Part shown: piece after piece, positions 51,535 through 64,000 of the stretch
Position numbering within the stretch: the first letter of the stretch is position 1
Layout: every line of letters begins with the position of its first letter
Assembly: GCF_020745735.1 (NCBI RefSeq)
Contig: NC_083422.1
Span: forward strand, 21,142,001-21,206,000
DNA from: Hemiscyllium ocellatum
Taxonomy: Eukaryota
Direction: 5' to 3'
DNA length: 64,000 nt
Made by a program: the position numbers and the translations under genes
Notes under the pieces: generated by a model
Databases searched by the model: none
What the model saw: the letters and a program-made list of their open reading frames with translations, nothing else
What the model was told of the DNA's origin: nothing

Positions 51535-52859
51535 TGACTTAAACATGTTGTACATGGCTCAAGCTAAATTATAATTGTGTGTAATCTAGACCATTTAACA
51601 ATTTGTCTGTATTCGTCTCATCTTTGCTATCTTTCACAAAGTGTAACTCAGCTGTTGTTCTGGATGAATGATATTTATGGTAGGTGCTTAAAATTCATGT
51701 ACAACCTGTTGAATGTATTCAGATTTACAAAACAGCAAAGTAACTTCAAAAGGTGTGATATAAAATGTTCGTGAACACTCCCAAAAAAATCAAGAACTTT
51801 GTTTTCTTCATCAATTTGCGGGAACAAGTCATGCGACCACTGAGTTATGCACTGTCGAGAAGAGGTCAGCCATGATCGTATCAAATAGTGGAACAGGCTC
51901 GAGGCTGAAGTAGTCTGATTAGGCTGAATTGCCTAATCCTGCTGCAAGTTCTTGTTATAAACAATGGGGTAGATTTTAACGTGATGCTGGATTTAAACTG
52001 TCCTGGTGCAGTAATGATTTCTGTCACATCCTGCGTCTGAATAAGGGCTCAGCAATTGTCAGGTTAGGACTGTATGAACATGCTGTTGTAAGTCAGAATA
52101 ATTGATGAAAACTGCCAGTCAGTGGAAAATCAGACATGTCTTGCCTACCCATTATGATTCATGTAAGTGGGAAATGGAATACTGCGGAATCTTACAGTAG
52201 ACAGTGCCGATGGATGTTGTATTCCCAAAAGCCAGTTGGTGAACTATTGAACTTTGATATCATTTAACAGAGTTATGCATTGCAAATGTATACCTTCTGA
52301 AATAACAGCTACAGTTTTAGTCTGAGTTCATACAAAATAAATTAATCCTTAGTTAACACCTACCACTTGCATTAAAGTAAACACAATTCAGGTACACTTA
52401 ACGATTTCCTTCTTTCACTTGAAATAAAAATATGAAGTGAATATTTGCAGCAAAAAACTTAATTTTACAGATTTTCTTTCTCTCAACATTGTTCAAAGCT
52501 AGCAAGGTGAAATTCATAACCTTTTCTCATCCATAATGTATGCATAGAGTACGTTAGCTCACAATAAGTGATGACCTAAATTACATGGAATGGGTGTACT
52601 ATCATCAGTGCACCCATTGTATAGACTCTCATTTTATATTTGACAAACATAATTGTTTATTTATTGCCCTCAAAAGAGTCATGGCAGAAACTTGCTGTGA
52701 TGACCCAGTACAAATAAGTAGGGAGTGACATTCTCTAAATAAGATTACAACAAAATAAAGAACTGCAGGTGTTGGAGATTTGAAACATAAACATAAATTG
52801 CTGGAGAAACTCAGCAAGTCTGACAATATCTATGGAAAGAAAACTGAGTTAACTTTTCA

Positions 52860-53590
52860 AATGCAGCTCTCTAACACTTTAGCTTGGCAACATTTGGAGT
52901 ATTGTATGCGTTTCAGGTTAAAAAATGAGGTCTGCAGATGCTGGAGATCACAGCTGCAAATGTGTTGCTGGTCAAAGCACAGCAGGTTAGGCAGCATCTC
53001 AGGAATAGAGAATTCCTGAGATGCTGCCTAACCTGCTGTGCTTTGACCAGCAACACATTTGCAGCTGCGTTTCAGGTTGCCATACTATAGGAAGGATGTG
53101 GAGTCTTTGGAAAGGGTGAAAAAGAGGTTGACCAGGATGTCACCTGGATTGGGATGTACTAGCTGTAAGAAGAGAAGGGACAAACTTAGATTGTTTTCAC
53201 TAGAGTATTGAAGGCTGAGGCGTGACCTAATACGAGTATATAAAATTATGACAAGCATTAACAGGATGGATAGTTAGAATACTTTTCCCAAGGTGGAAAT
53301 ATCAAATACCAGGGAGCACAGTTTTCAGTGAGAGTGGGAAAATTTAATGTGTGAGACAAGTGTTTTATGCAAGGGATGGTAGGTGCCTGGAACATACTGC
53401 CTGGGGAAGTTGTAGAAGCAGATACGATAGTAATGTTTAAGAGGAATTCCGACAGACCCATGACCAGGCAGGGAATAGAGGGATATGGACCATGTGCAGG
53501 GAGATGGATTAATTTGGAATGGCATAATGGTTGGCAGAGAGATGGTGAGCTGAAGGGCCTATTCCTGTACTGTACAGTTTGATGTTCTGT
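52860..53590 (+). mobile_element. CR1 3' end, host to the 52920 insertion
   Basis: LEYCM|..PYYRKDV is continuous across the insertion; CR1 3' UTR. Confidence 0.8.
52920..53065. mobile_element. 146 bp palindromic PLE tail, lacking the hammerhead core
   Basis: Centre ggaat-agaga-attcc, 33 nt extra tail on the left, TSD tgcgtttcaggtt (52907-52919 / 53066-53078). Confidence 0.9.
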
Positions 53591-54899
53591 ATTCTATTTT
53601 CTCAGCGACATGGTCTATTAGTGGTGGATTCGAATGAGAGATCTGTCAATGTAATGAGCATCTTATTGCATCTTTATATTTTTGACAAGCAGCATGGTGA
53701 ACTTCTGACCAGGCAGCAATGAGCTGCTTATTGAGGAGGACTATTGCTTAATCACCCTGTTGGTGGCACATCTCAGCTCATTGATATTAGCTTTCGATTT
53801 TACATAATGCACCATGCAAGTTAGACCTCGAGAAAACGTGAGTTGGAAGTCAGAACAGGTACCCGGCAAATACACTTTTTCTGAAGGACCACGATATTGG
53901 ACTGGATGGCAGTGTCTCAGACATACTCCATTGGCTCTTGTCACACACATCTCAATTAACGAACATTAACTTCCAACATAACACTAAAAACCCTCATGGC
54001 ACATCTCTTATCCACTTACAGCATTCTTCTGCACTTCAATAATTCAACTTGAGTTCCACTGGCTGAGTGTAATGCTGCCGCAAGGGCAATACACTCAGGG
54101 ACATGCTCCCAACTCCTGGAGTGGCCAAGGCTGTGTCTGAGGGCTTTTTGCTCGTATCATAGTGCTCACTCACCGTAAGCCTAGCTGGATATTTGCAGCA
54201 TTCTGCCCTGTGTTACCTTGCCTCACTATTGTGTACTTGGCCCCTGTAGCCAGAGCTTAACCACCCTGTCTACATGTGACTATTTAATAGGAACTCTGCA
54301 TTGTCTTAATATTGAAATCGTTTTCTTTTTTTGTTTCTTTCTAACTTATTTCTAAATACATGAGGCAGTAATTATCTTAACAGCATCACATCTCTACATT
54401 GCACATTCCTCCCCCCTTGGGTAATATATTGTGAATTCTGGGATAAATTTCTTATTCTTCACTTGTCTTTACAGTTGTGCCAGGTTTGCATCTTTCTGAA
54501 AAATATCAACTGCCTCCTCTACCCTTTCTGAACTCCCTGCTCCAGTCTCATTTATTTTCTGACACTGGATCATGCACGAAAATAAGAAATATATTCCACT
54601 CATTTTCTCTGTAGTGTGACGTAATGCATCTCATAAATGTTCTCTTCTCCCGTTTTTCGGGTATACTTTCTTAGTCAACTCCACTTCATCATCCATAGAT
54701 TTAAGTAGTATTAAGAATGGACATACGTGTTCTTGTTGAGGATTTTCTGAAAGCTTAAGAAAACCTGTGAAATTCCTCTCTTTGCTTCTAATCGTCTGAA
54801 TGAGGATACTTGTCATACCAATTCTCCCTTTTATCTTAGTGCTGATGATGCTTATTTTTTATGGTTTTACTTAGGGTTTCTATTGACAACAGCATTTGT

Positions 54900-55750
54900 G
54901 GAGACCTAAAATGAGTTACTTTGTCAGGTGCCTGGACATCCATCAGAACTGAGACAAATGTAACAAGTTTCAAGCCAATGAATGTGAAAAGATGGGCTTG
55001 TTGTAGATAAATAAAAGTGAAGGTGAAGCCTGTGTGAGGGCAGAAGGCAGAATAGATCAAATGGAACAGATTGGTGGAGGACAAAGGGAGTTTGTAATTG
55101 AGACTTATGGAGAAACAAATGATCTGTTGAGACGAGGTGTGAATGCCAAAATCATGAACAGCTGACATCCAAAGAGGGAAAAAAAAATGTATAATCAGGA
55201 AGTTGTGAAACAAAATGGGACTAAAGATTACAGTCTGTAATCGTTCAACTCAATTTTGAATCCAGAAAGTTGTTAATTGCCGAGTTAAAAACGGAGGTGT
55301 TGTTCTTCACTGGCACAACTGAGACAGAGATGTCTGAGTGAGAGTGGGAGGACAAGTAAAATGTCCTAATTCTGGGCTTTGGTTGCAGAGTGAATGAAGA
55401 TGTTCTGTGAGACAGTCACCTAATCTGCAATTGATTTCCCCAGGAGGAGAAAGGCACATTGTGAGCAGTGATTACAGTATAATAATTACTGAAAGAAGGA
55501 TAAACAAATCTCTATTTCATCTGGAAGGCATGGTTTAGACTCTGCTGATTAGGTGAAGATGTGCTTGGTGCTGGTGTCACTTTGGAGCTGTTGCAACCTG
55601 ATCTGTTGCATGTGGAGGGTGCTAGGGTGGAAGTTGAGGACACCGGGTGCCCTATTATGATTCTAGAAGCACGACCACGGGACAGAGGAGAGATTTGGGA
55701 AACAGCGTTGACAATGTTGAGCACCCTGCCAACCATTGCTTAGTTGATGA
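54900..55750 (-). mobile_element. Very old Neptune-like PLE fragment
   Basis: Minus-strand translation PVLNFHPSTLHMQQI...QLQSDTSTKHIF and FQMK.RF resembles the PLE linker and Zn region. Confidence 0.6.
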
Positions 55751-57739
55751 GAGAGGAAGATGTGGAACTGGATTTTTCCATTTACTGTTAAAGTATAGCG
55801 GGGAGTGCATTTATGGGATCTGGTCTGCTACAGCCCAGGGTTAATTTTCACATGCAATCTTGTTTTTATCTTAATCTTCTATGCAGCCAAGGTGTTGAGC
55901 ACATATCTCACAAAATTGCTTTGACGCAGAATTGGAAGTTTTCACCACTGGTGAGATTGCTGGCTTTAGATGCCTCTGGCACAACATTTAAAACCCAGCT
56001 GCCTACCATTCTGTGCAATGCAACCCAAGATTTACACCTCAAACAGAGGTGCTGGACCATAAGTTAGGAAAGATGTTGCAGAGGAAAGGCAACCTATCTC
56101 CCTGCTGCCAACACAGACACCTGGAGGGCCTGGTGGACAGAATGATGGATTCCTACTGATTGCACGTTGCTCTCAGCTTGGCTACAAATGCAGCACATCT
56201 CTATCAAGTCTCCAGTACTATTGCCAGGATGTTGCCAGAGCACAGAGTCCTTGCATTATCCTGAGCCTTCATTCATATAATCATATTATTTTCAGTGAAC
56301 CCAAGTGGCTAAAGATTAGCATTTAGGATAATGGAAACCTCAGGATCACCAATTTGGTACTCTGGTTAAAGATGGTTGCACTGTCTTTTGCCAGGTTTAT
56401 GTCTTTCATGTCTGTCTTTATATGTCTGTCTAATTACACATAGTTGACATTTGGCAAAGAAATGTGTAGAATCAACCAGATCTTCATTGGAAATAGTTAA
56501 ATTAATGTTCACTTAGATAATTACCTCAAAATTTACCTCAGAATGTAAATTATTTATTAAGTTTCGCATGATTGTGCATTGTTGAAAACTTGGATCTGCC
56601 ATAGAAAGTATGAGTGAGGACTAAATGATGAGAAGAGTAGTATGGAAGTTGGAGTAGTTTATATGTTTCAGTTTTTAAATTTTTTTTGTTAAATTTGAAT
56701 TCAAATGCTGCAACTCTAAATTCAATTATCAGTCAAATGTTTGTGTAAGGCTGTGTGTTTGTTTGCCCAGGTAAGGTAATACTGAGTTTTGATGATAATA
56801 AAGGTATACTGAACCAAATTTCAGTAATCTTCTGTGTTGATTTGAAATATTTTTAATCCCAACCACCCAAGTTGTTTGAAGTATAACATGCGTAATTAGT
56901 GGGAGGAATAGTGGAAGCCATTCGTAAATACAATGTACAGAACTAAGAGCATAACATTCTTAGAACAATTATAAGGAAGTTCTTTGTTTCAACATAAAAA
57001 TATTGAGAAAATTAGAGCACTTGCTGTGGAAATTGTGCCTGAGTTTAGGAATCAATCTGAGTTTAGGGGTGATTTATAACTTCACCTTTATTAGATTCGT
57101 TCTATGCTGTCTCTCATTATCTAGGATAGTTTTGTCAGGGAGTCAGAACTGATGCCTTGAGAGACGTTTTGAATTTTATGCTACATTAACTTGCCAACAA
57201 AAGAGTGAAGGACAGTGAAGCCAAAAGTGATTGTGACATCATATACGTAAATTTTGTTGCAATTATTTCATGTTTGAAATTCTAGCTATATGATACATTG
57301 CATCTTACAATGAATACCCTACTGAGAAACAACTGTGTGTAAGATGCAATGACAGCTGAAACGTTGTTAGAAGGCTAGCTTTAGTAAATATGGGACACAT
57401 CGACTGGCAGTATTTTGTAGCATGAAATTCTGGGACTTCTGCCCTGGGACTTATTAGTGTTTGGTAATTGTCATGATGAATGTCATTTTCTCTCAATCTC
57501 TCCCACGTCTTGTAGAGACAGTAGACTGCACCCAACCAAGCTACCTCTCCTTTTTAGAAATGATGTACCATCAGAGGAGGACAAAGAAAGTTTTCGCAGG
57601 CAAACAGGCGTTGATTGGGTGCACTCAAGGAAATAAATTCTTCCAACTAACAATGGGATAAAAGATTCTGGGTATTACCTGGGTAGGTTTGTAAATTAGC
57701 ATGGCTTCCTCTTGTTGGATAACAGTTTTGGGTAAGACA

Positions 57740-59720
57740 ATAAGACATAGAAGTCAAAGTAGGCCATTCAACCTATTAAATTTGTCCCATCAGACTTGCT
57801 GATCATGCCTTATCTGACAATCCTCAACTCCACTTTGTTGCCTTTCCCCAAAATCCTGGAATCCCTTAATGATTAAAAATCTGTCTTTCTCAGGCATGAA
57901 TATACTTAATGACCTCACCTCAACAGCCCATTATATAAAGAATATAACAGATTATCAGGTAGAAGTAAAATCCTTATCATCTATGTCTTAAATGTGTGAC
58001 GCCTTATTCTGAGATTATGCCCTCTGTTCCTTTGCTCTCCCATAGGGGAAACAATCTCTCCACATATACCTTATCAAGTCCTCCTAGACTCTTATATATT
58101 TCAATAAGATCATCTCCCAAACTTCTATATTGCAGTGAGTATAGGCCCAATTTACTTAACCTCTCCTTATAAAACAATCACTCTATATTGCTTGTCAGGT
58201 TCATGATATCAGCTCTTCTCTGGGCTACCTCCAATGCCAGTGTACATTTCCTTCGATAAGACACCTAAAATTGTTCACAGTATTCCAGCTATGGGCTAAC
58301 TAGTGTGTTGAATGGTTTAGCAAACCTTTCCTACTTTTAATATTCCATTCCTTTTGGAATAAAGGCCAACATTCCATTTGTGTGCCCATGTCCGCTGAAC
58401 TTGGATATAAACTTTTTGTGATTCATGGACAAGAACTCCCAAATCCCTTTGTATTGTAGCTTCCTGCACTGTTGCAGAGTTGTGGGAACGAAAGTAGTAG
58501 GTCAGTAAGGGCAATGATTGAGGTAGAGCTTAAGTCAAGTAAGTTTAATAGGGAGAGCAAGCAGGGCCAAGTTAATAAACATGGTGGGATTGGAGATTCT
58601 GGAGGTTTATTTCAATGCAAGGAGTATAAAAGATAAGACAGACAAGCTTAGAACCTGGATTAGTTACCAGAACTATGAAACTGTAGCCATTACAGAAACT
58701 TGGTTGAAAGAAGGGCAGGACTGGCAGCTCAATGTTCCAGAGTTTGGATGTTTCAGTTGTGATAGAGAATGATGTAAAAGGGATGGGGGAGTTGCATTAC
58801 TGATTTATGGAGAATGCCATAGCTGTAATAAGTGAGGATATCTGGGATGACTCATCCACAGTTACTATATGGGGGGAGGAATAAGAAAGGTTCAATCCTG
58901 TTATGCCAAATTATAAGCAGGAAATAGAGGAACAGATATGTAAGCAGATTATGGAAGGATGTAAAAACAACAAAGTTGTTGTAGAGGGTTATTTTAACTT
59001 CCCCAATATTGACTGGGACTCACTTAATTCCAAGGGCAAAGTTGGTGCATCCAGGAGGGTTTGTTGAAACAGTATGTAGATAGTCCAACTAGGGAGGTGG
59101 CCACATTAGATGTTGTTTTAGGGAGATGCCTGACCAGGTGATTGAAGTTTCAGTGGGAGACCATTTTGGGAACAGTGATCATAATTCCAGTTTTAGTTAT
59201 GGATAAGAATAAGACTGGTCTTTTGGTGAAAGTGCTAAATTAGGGGAAGGCATATTACAGTAATATTAAGCAGGAACTGGAGAAATTAGATTGGGGCAGC
59301 TGTTTGAGGGTAAATCTACATCAGACATGTGAGAGTCTTTTGATCACGGTGTAGGACCAGCATGTTCCTGCGAGGATGAAAGGTGAGGATGGCAAGATTC
59401 AGCAACCATTGATGACAAGTGATATTGAAAGAAATTAGTCAAAAAGAAAGAGAAAAGGTGTAAAGTTTAGGAAACTGAAATCAGACAAGTCCTTGAGGAA
59501 TGTAAAGGAAGCAGGTAAGAAGTTAAACGAGGAATTAGGAGAGATAAAGTCAATTAAATGCCCTTGGACAAGTAGGATAAATGAAAATTGCAACTCATTT
59601 ACAAGTATATTAGAAGCTAGAGGGTAACCAACGAAAGAGTAGGTCCATTCAAGGACAAAGGATAGATTTATGCCCGGAGTCAGAGGAAGTGGGTGAGATT
59701 CTGGATGAGTTAGGACATGG
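57740..59720. mobile_element. CR1 pieces: antisense 3' end (about 57740-58460) joined to a sense APE/linker (about 58470-59720)
   Basis: ORF 58581..58772: YFNARSIKDK...VAITETWLKEGQDWQLNV is the CR1 APE N-terminus. Confidence 0.8.
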
Positions 59721-59872
59721 ATAATGGTAACATCAGTGAGGGCTAACTGAAGTTGCCAAAATCCCATTTTGACTTCCATGTCAGGAATTCTCCGCATCCA
59801 GCTTACTTGCCTCAGCTGGTACAATGGGAAACTGCATATTAGTGAGTCACGATTGGCAGTTAATAAGATTGC

Positions 59873-62387
59873 GAGTGAAAAATGAGGTCTGCAGATGCTG
59901 GAGATCACCGCTGAAAATGTGTTGCTGGTCAAAGCACAGCAGGCCAGGCAGCATCTCAGGAATAGGGAATTCGATGTTTCGAGCATAAGCCCTTCATCAG
60001 GAATGAGAGAGAGTAGCCAAGCGGGCTAAGATAAAAGGTAGGGAGGAGGGACTTGGGGGAGGGGCGATGGAGGTGGGATAGGTGGAAGGAGGTCAAGGTG
60101 AGGGTGATAGGCCAGATGGGGTGGGGGCAGAGAGGTCAGGAAGGAGATTGCAGGTTAGGAGGGCGGTGCTGAGTTGAGGGAACCGACTGAGACAAGGTGG
60201 GGGGAGGGGAAATGAGGAAACTGGAGAAATCTGAGTTCATTCCTTGTGGTTGGAGGGTTCCCAGGCGGAAGATGAGGCGCTCCTCCTCCAGCCGTCGTGT
60301 TGTTGTGTTCTGCCGGTGGAGGAGTCCAAGGACCTGCATGTCCTCGGTGGAGTGGGAGGGGGAGTTAAAGTGTTGAGCCACGGGGTGGTTGGGTTGGTTG
60401 GTCCGGGCGGCCCAGAGGTGTTCTCTGAAGCGTTCCGCAAGTAAGCGGCCTGTCTCCCCCAATATAGAGGAGGCCACATCGGGTGCAGCGGATGCAATAG
60501 ATGATGTGTGTGGAGGTACAGGTGAACTTGTGGCGGATATGGAAGGATCCCTTGGGGCCTTGGAGGGAAGTGAGTGTGGAGGTGTGGGCGCAAGTTTTAC
60601 ATTTCCTGCGGTCGCAGGGGAAAGTGCCGGGGGTGGAGGTTGGGTTGGTGGGGGGTGTGGATCTGACGAGGGAGTCACGAAGGGAGTGGTCCTTGCGGAA
60701 CGCTGATAGGGGAGGGGAGCCCATGCGGGTGCCCATGGCAACTCCTTTAGTTTGGAGGAAGTGGGAGGATTGAAAAGAGAAGTTATTCAGGGTGAGGACC
60801 AGTTCAGTCAGTCGAAGGAGGGTGTCAGTGGAAGGGTACTGGTTGGTGCGGCGGGAAAGGAAGAAGCGGAGGGCTTTGAGTCCTTCGTGATGGGGGATGG
60901 AGGTGTACAGGGACTGGATGTCCATAGTGAAAATAGTGAAAATGCCTGCCTCTTCGTAGGATATGTGGAACAGTCCATCTTTCGCAACTACACTGGCACC
61001 ACCCCCCACCTTTTCCTCCGCTACATCGATGACTGTATCGGCGCTGCCTCGTGCTCCCACGAGGAAGTTGAACAGTTCATCAACTTTACTAACACCTTCC
61101 ATCCCGACCTTAAATTCACCTGGACTGTCTCAGACTCCTCCCTCCCCTTCCTAGACCTTTCCATCTCTATCTTGGGCGACCAACTCAACTCAGACATCTA
61201 CTATAAACCGACTGACTCCCACAGCTACCTGGACTACACCTACTCCCACCCTGCCCCCTGCAAAAACTCCATCCCATATTCCCAATTCCTTCGTCTCCGC
61301 TGCATCTGCTCCCAGGAGGACCAGTTCCAACACCGCACAGCCCAGATGGCCTCCTTCTTCAAGGACCGCAGATTCCCTCCAGACGTGATCGACGATGCCC
61401 TCCACCACATCTCATCCACTTCCTGCTCCTCCGCCCTTGAGCCCCGCTCCTCCAACCGCCACCAAGACAGAACCCCACTGGTTCTCACCTACCACCCCAC
61501 CAACCTCCTAATACAACGTATCATCCGCCGTCATTTCCGCCACCTCCAAACGGACCCCACCACCAAGGATATATTTCCCTCCCCTCCCCTATCAGCGTTC
61601 CGCAAGGACCACTCCCTTCGTGACTCCCTCGTCAGATCCACACCCCCCACCAACCCAACCTCCACCCCCAGCACTTTTCCCTGCGACCGCAGGAAATGTA
61701 AAACTTGCGCCCACACCTCCACACTCACTTCCCTCCAAGGCCCCAAGGGATCCTTCCATATCCGCCACAAGTTCACCTGTACCTCCACACACATCATCTA
61801 TTGCATCCGCTGCACCCGATGTGGCCTCCTCTATATTGGGGAGACAGGCCGCTTACTTGCGGAACGCTTCAGAGAACACCTCTGGGCCGCCCGGACCAAC
61901 CAACCCAATCACCCCGTGGCTCAACACTTTAACTCTCCCTCCCACTCCACCGAGGACATGCAGGTCCTTGGACTCCTCCACCGGCAGAACACAACAACAC
62001 GACGGCTGGAGGAGGAGCGCCTCATCTTTCGCCTGGGAACCCTCCAACCACAAGGTATGAATTCAGATTTCTCCAGTTTCCTCATTTCCCCTCACCCCAT
62101 CTTGTCTCAGTCGGTTCCCTCAACTCAGCACCACCCTCCTAACCTGCAATCTCCTTCCTGACCTCTCCGCCCCCACCCCACTCCGGCCTACCACCCTCAC
62201 CTTGACCTCCTTCCACCTATCCCACCTCCATCGCCCCTCCCCCAAGTCCCTCCTCCCTACCTTTTATCTTAGCCCGCTTGGCTACTCTCTCTCATTCCTG
62301 ATGAAGGGCTTATGCTCGAAACATCGAATTCCCTATTCCTGAGATGCTGCCTGGCCTGCTGTGCTTTGACCAGCAACACATTTTCAG
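59873..62387. mobile_element. Young Neptune-like PLE, rearranged inverted structure
   Basis: The plus arm has an open frame from 60942 (ACLFVGYVEQ...RYIDDC...CDRRKCKTC...YIGETGR...), with HHRs in both arms. 38 nt extra tail on the left; TSD agttaataagattgc (59858-59872 / 62388-62402). Confidence 0.95.
62294..62329 (+). ncRNA. Minimal hammerhead motif with ACAT stem III variant
   Basis: attc-CTGATGA-A-gggc(ttat)gctc-GAAA-CA-TC-gaat. The same variant occurs in the antisense arm near 59970-60005. Confidence 0.7.
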
Positions 62388-62814
62388 AGTTAATAAGATT
62401 GCATCAAGAATTCCTCCTAAATAAGTACCTCACTTCAGTCTGGCAAAAATCTCACCTCACTGTCTGGAATTGAGCTGTAAGATGTAACAAGTTGTTCCTA
62501 ACAACGGGGTAGGCCTCACTGGACTTCTTATCAGATTCTGTGAAACATCACCATTTCCAACATTATCCAGGCATCTATATTCTATCAATAGTATTTGTTA
62601 CTGACATAACTGGTTTTAACATGCTACCAATGCACAAAAATGAAAATTCAGAAGTGCTGGACATGGTCGATTATTACTTTGCAAAAATATTTTGTAGTAG
62701 AAGGAGAGACCAGCAAGCTGACCTCTCCAAGAAAATTAACAATTGTACCAGAATCAGAGACAGACCAAAATTAGTGTCAGAATAATGGAACAATGAATAA
62801 ACTAATGGCACTAA

Positions 62815-63077
62815 AGATTAGATTAGATTAGATTCTCTACAGTGTGAAAACAGGCCCTCCGGCCCAATAAGTCCACACTGCCCCTCCGAACAGAAACCCA
62901 CCCAGACCCATTCCCCTACCCTATATTTACCCCAGACTAATGCACCTAACACTGTGGGCAATTTTAGCAAGGTCAATTCACCTGACCTGCACATCTTTGG
63001 ATTGTGCGAGGAAACCGGAGCACCCGGAAGAAACCCACACAGTGAGGCAGCAGTGCTAACCGCTGAGCCACTGTGCC
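62815..63077 (-). mobile_element. HE1-like V-SINE with an internal deletion of the B box and part of the core
   Basis: (agatt)n tail on the left; junction ctgcctcac|tgtgtgggtttc on the minus strand. Confidence 0.88.
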
Positions 63078-63681
63078 CTCTGATCACTGAGATCAGATTA
63101 TTTCCATTGCAGGTGATTTAAACTGAGGCAGATGAGAACATTACAAATGTCCTAACAATAATTTTCCAACTTGCCCTCCATTCAGGAAACATTCCTTTTC
63201 ACTCTGTAAATTTACATATATTTTCCATCATTTCAGAAAAGTTGAGAATGGAAACCCAGGGAATTTTCAATCAGTTAACTTAACATCTGTTGATGTGAAA
63301 TTATTATAGTCTGTAATTAAGGATAGCATGATAAATCGCCTGGAAAATATTCAGCTGCTGGGAGACAGCCAGTGTGGATTTTTAAAGTGTAAGTTATGCC
63401 TGATGAATCTGAATTTGTGCGGAGACAACTATAATAATGAATAATGGAATGTCAATAGTTATTATCCATGTGGACTTTAAAACAGCATTAAATAATATTC
63501 CTAAAACAAGACTGTTCACTGAGATTAAGCTCACGGAACTGAAAACAAATTGTTTTCCGGGTCGGGAGCCTTAAATGAGCAGCCAATGGCAGATAATAGG
63601 AATAATAGTTAGGTGCTCCAAGTGAGAGGATATGACTAGTGGTGTTCCACAAAGACCTATATTGGGGCCTCAACTATTATA

Positions 63682-64000
63682 GAGTCATGGAGATGTACAG
63701 CACGGAAACAGACCCTTCGTTCCAACCCATCCATACCGACTAAATATCCCAACACAATCTAGTCCCACCTATCAGCACCCGACCCATATCCCTCCAAACC
63801 CTTCCTATTCATATACCCATCCAAATGCCTCTTAAATGTTGCAATTGTACCAGCCTCCACCACTTCCTCTGGCAACTCATTCCATATACGTGCCACCTTC
63901 TGCGTGAAAAAGTTGCCCCTTAGGTCTCTTGTATATTTTTTTCCCTCTCACCCTAAACCTATGCCCTCTATTTCTGGACTCCCTGACCCCAGGGAAAAGA
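63682..64000 (-). mobile_element. HER1-like CR1 3' end (continues past the window)
   Basis: tagagtcatggagatgtacagc tail, similar to the 11757 copy. Confidence 0.9.

Noticed and set aside
57558-57636. Acceptor-like ctctcctttttag followed by a short open frame, as a possible last or alternative TdT exon
   Set aside because: In the phase left by exon 10 it reads AAA TGA, and it has no similarity to the expected IFL..EEEIF.HLGL.Y.EP.ERNA terminus.
60365-62161. Overlapping 245 aa (-) and 469 aa (+) ORFs as novel fusion proteins
   Set aside because: Their N-termini are read-through of antisense PLE sequence across the inversion junction. Only the in-sense portions are real PLE protein.

Overview
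Vertebrate genomic DNA, very probably a shark (inferred from HE1-like V-SINEs and HER1-like CR1 LINEs). The window lies inside the terminal deoxynucleotidyl transferase gene (DNTT/TdT, + strand). Three internal coding exons are present (15218-15317, 26033-26332, 51424-51507), corresponding to human exons 8, 9 and 10 and encoding the three catalytic aspartates. I did not find the upstream exons or the last exon in the window. Most of the remainder is retroelement: CR1/HER1-like LINEs, HE1-like SINEs, an L2-like LINE, an old RTE fragment split by a 4 kb Tx1-clade element, a possible solo LTR, and many Penelope-like elements (PLEs). The most striking signal is a set of seven PLE-derived insertions, from at least four sequence-distinct families, that share one architecture. 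Each is a head-to-head palindrome flanked by a 10-17 bp target-site duplication (TSD), six retain minimal hammerhead ribozyme (HHR) motifs (intact or decayed), and one arm is always 33-42 nt longer at its 3' tail than the other. One 146 bp copy ends at the predicted ribozyme cleavage site. In a 2.5 kb copy the two arms tile the element almost exactly, suggesting two cDNAs made from one RNA. Also seen: a cluster of locally templated duplications at 3.9-6.7 kb, an 18-aa longer Loop2 region in this TdT, and a NAGNAG acceptor at exon 10. Repeat boundaries without a TSD are approximate and identities were judged by eye.
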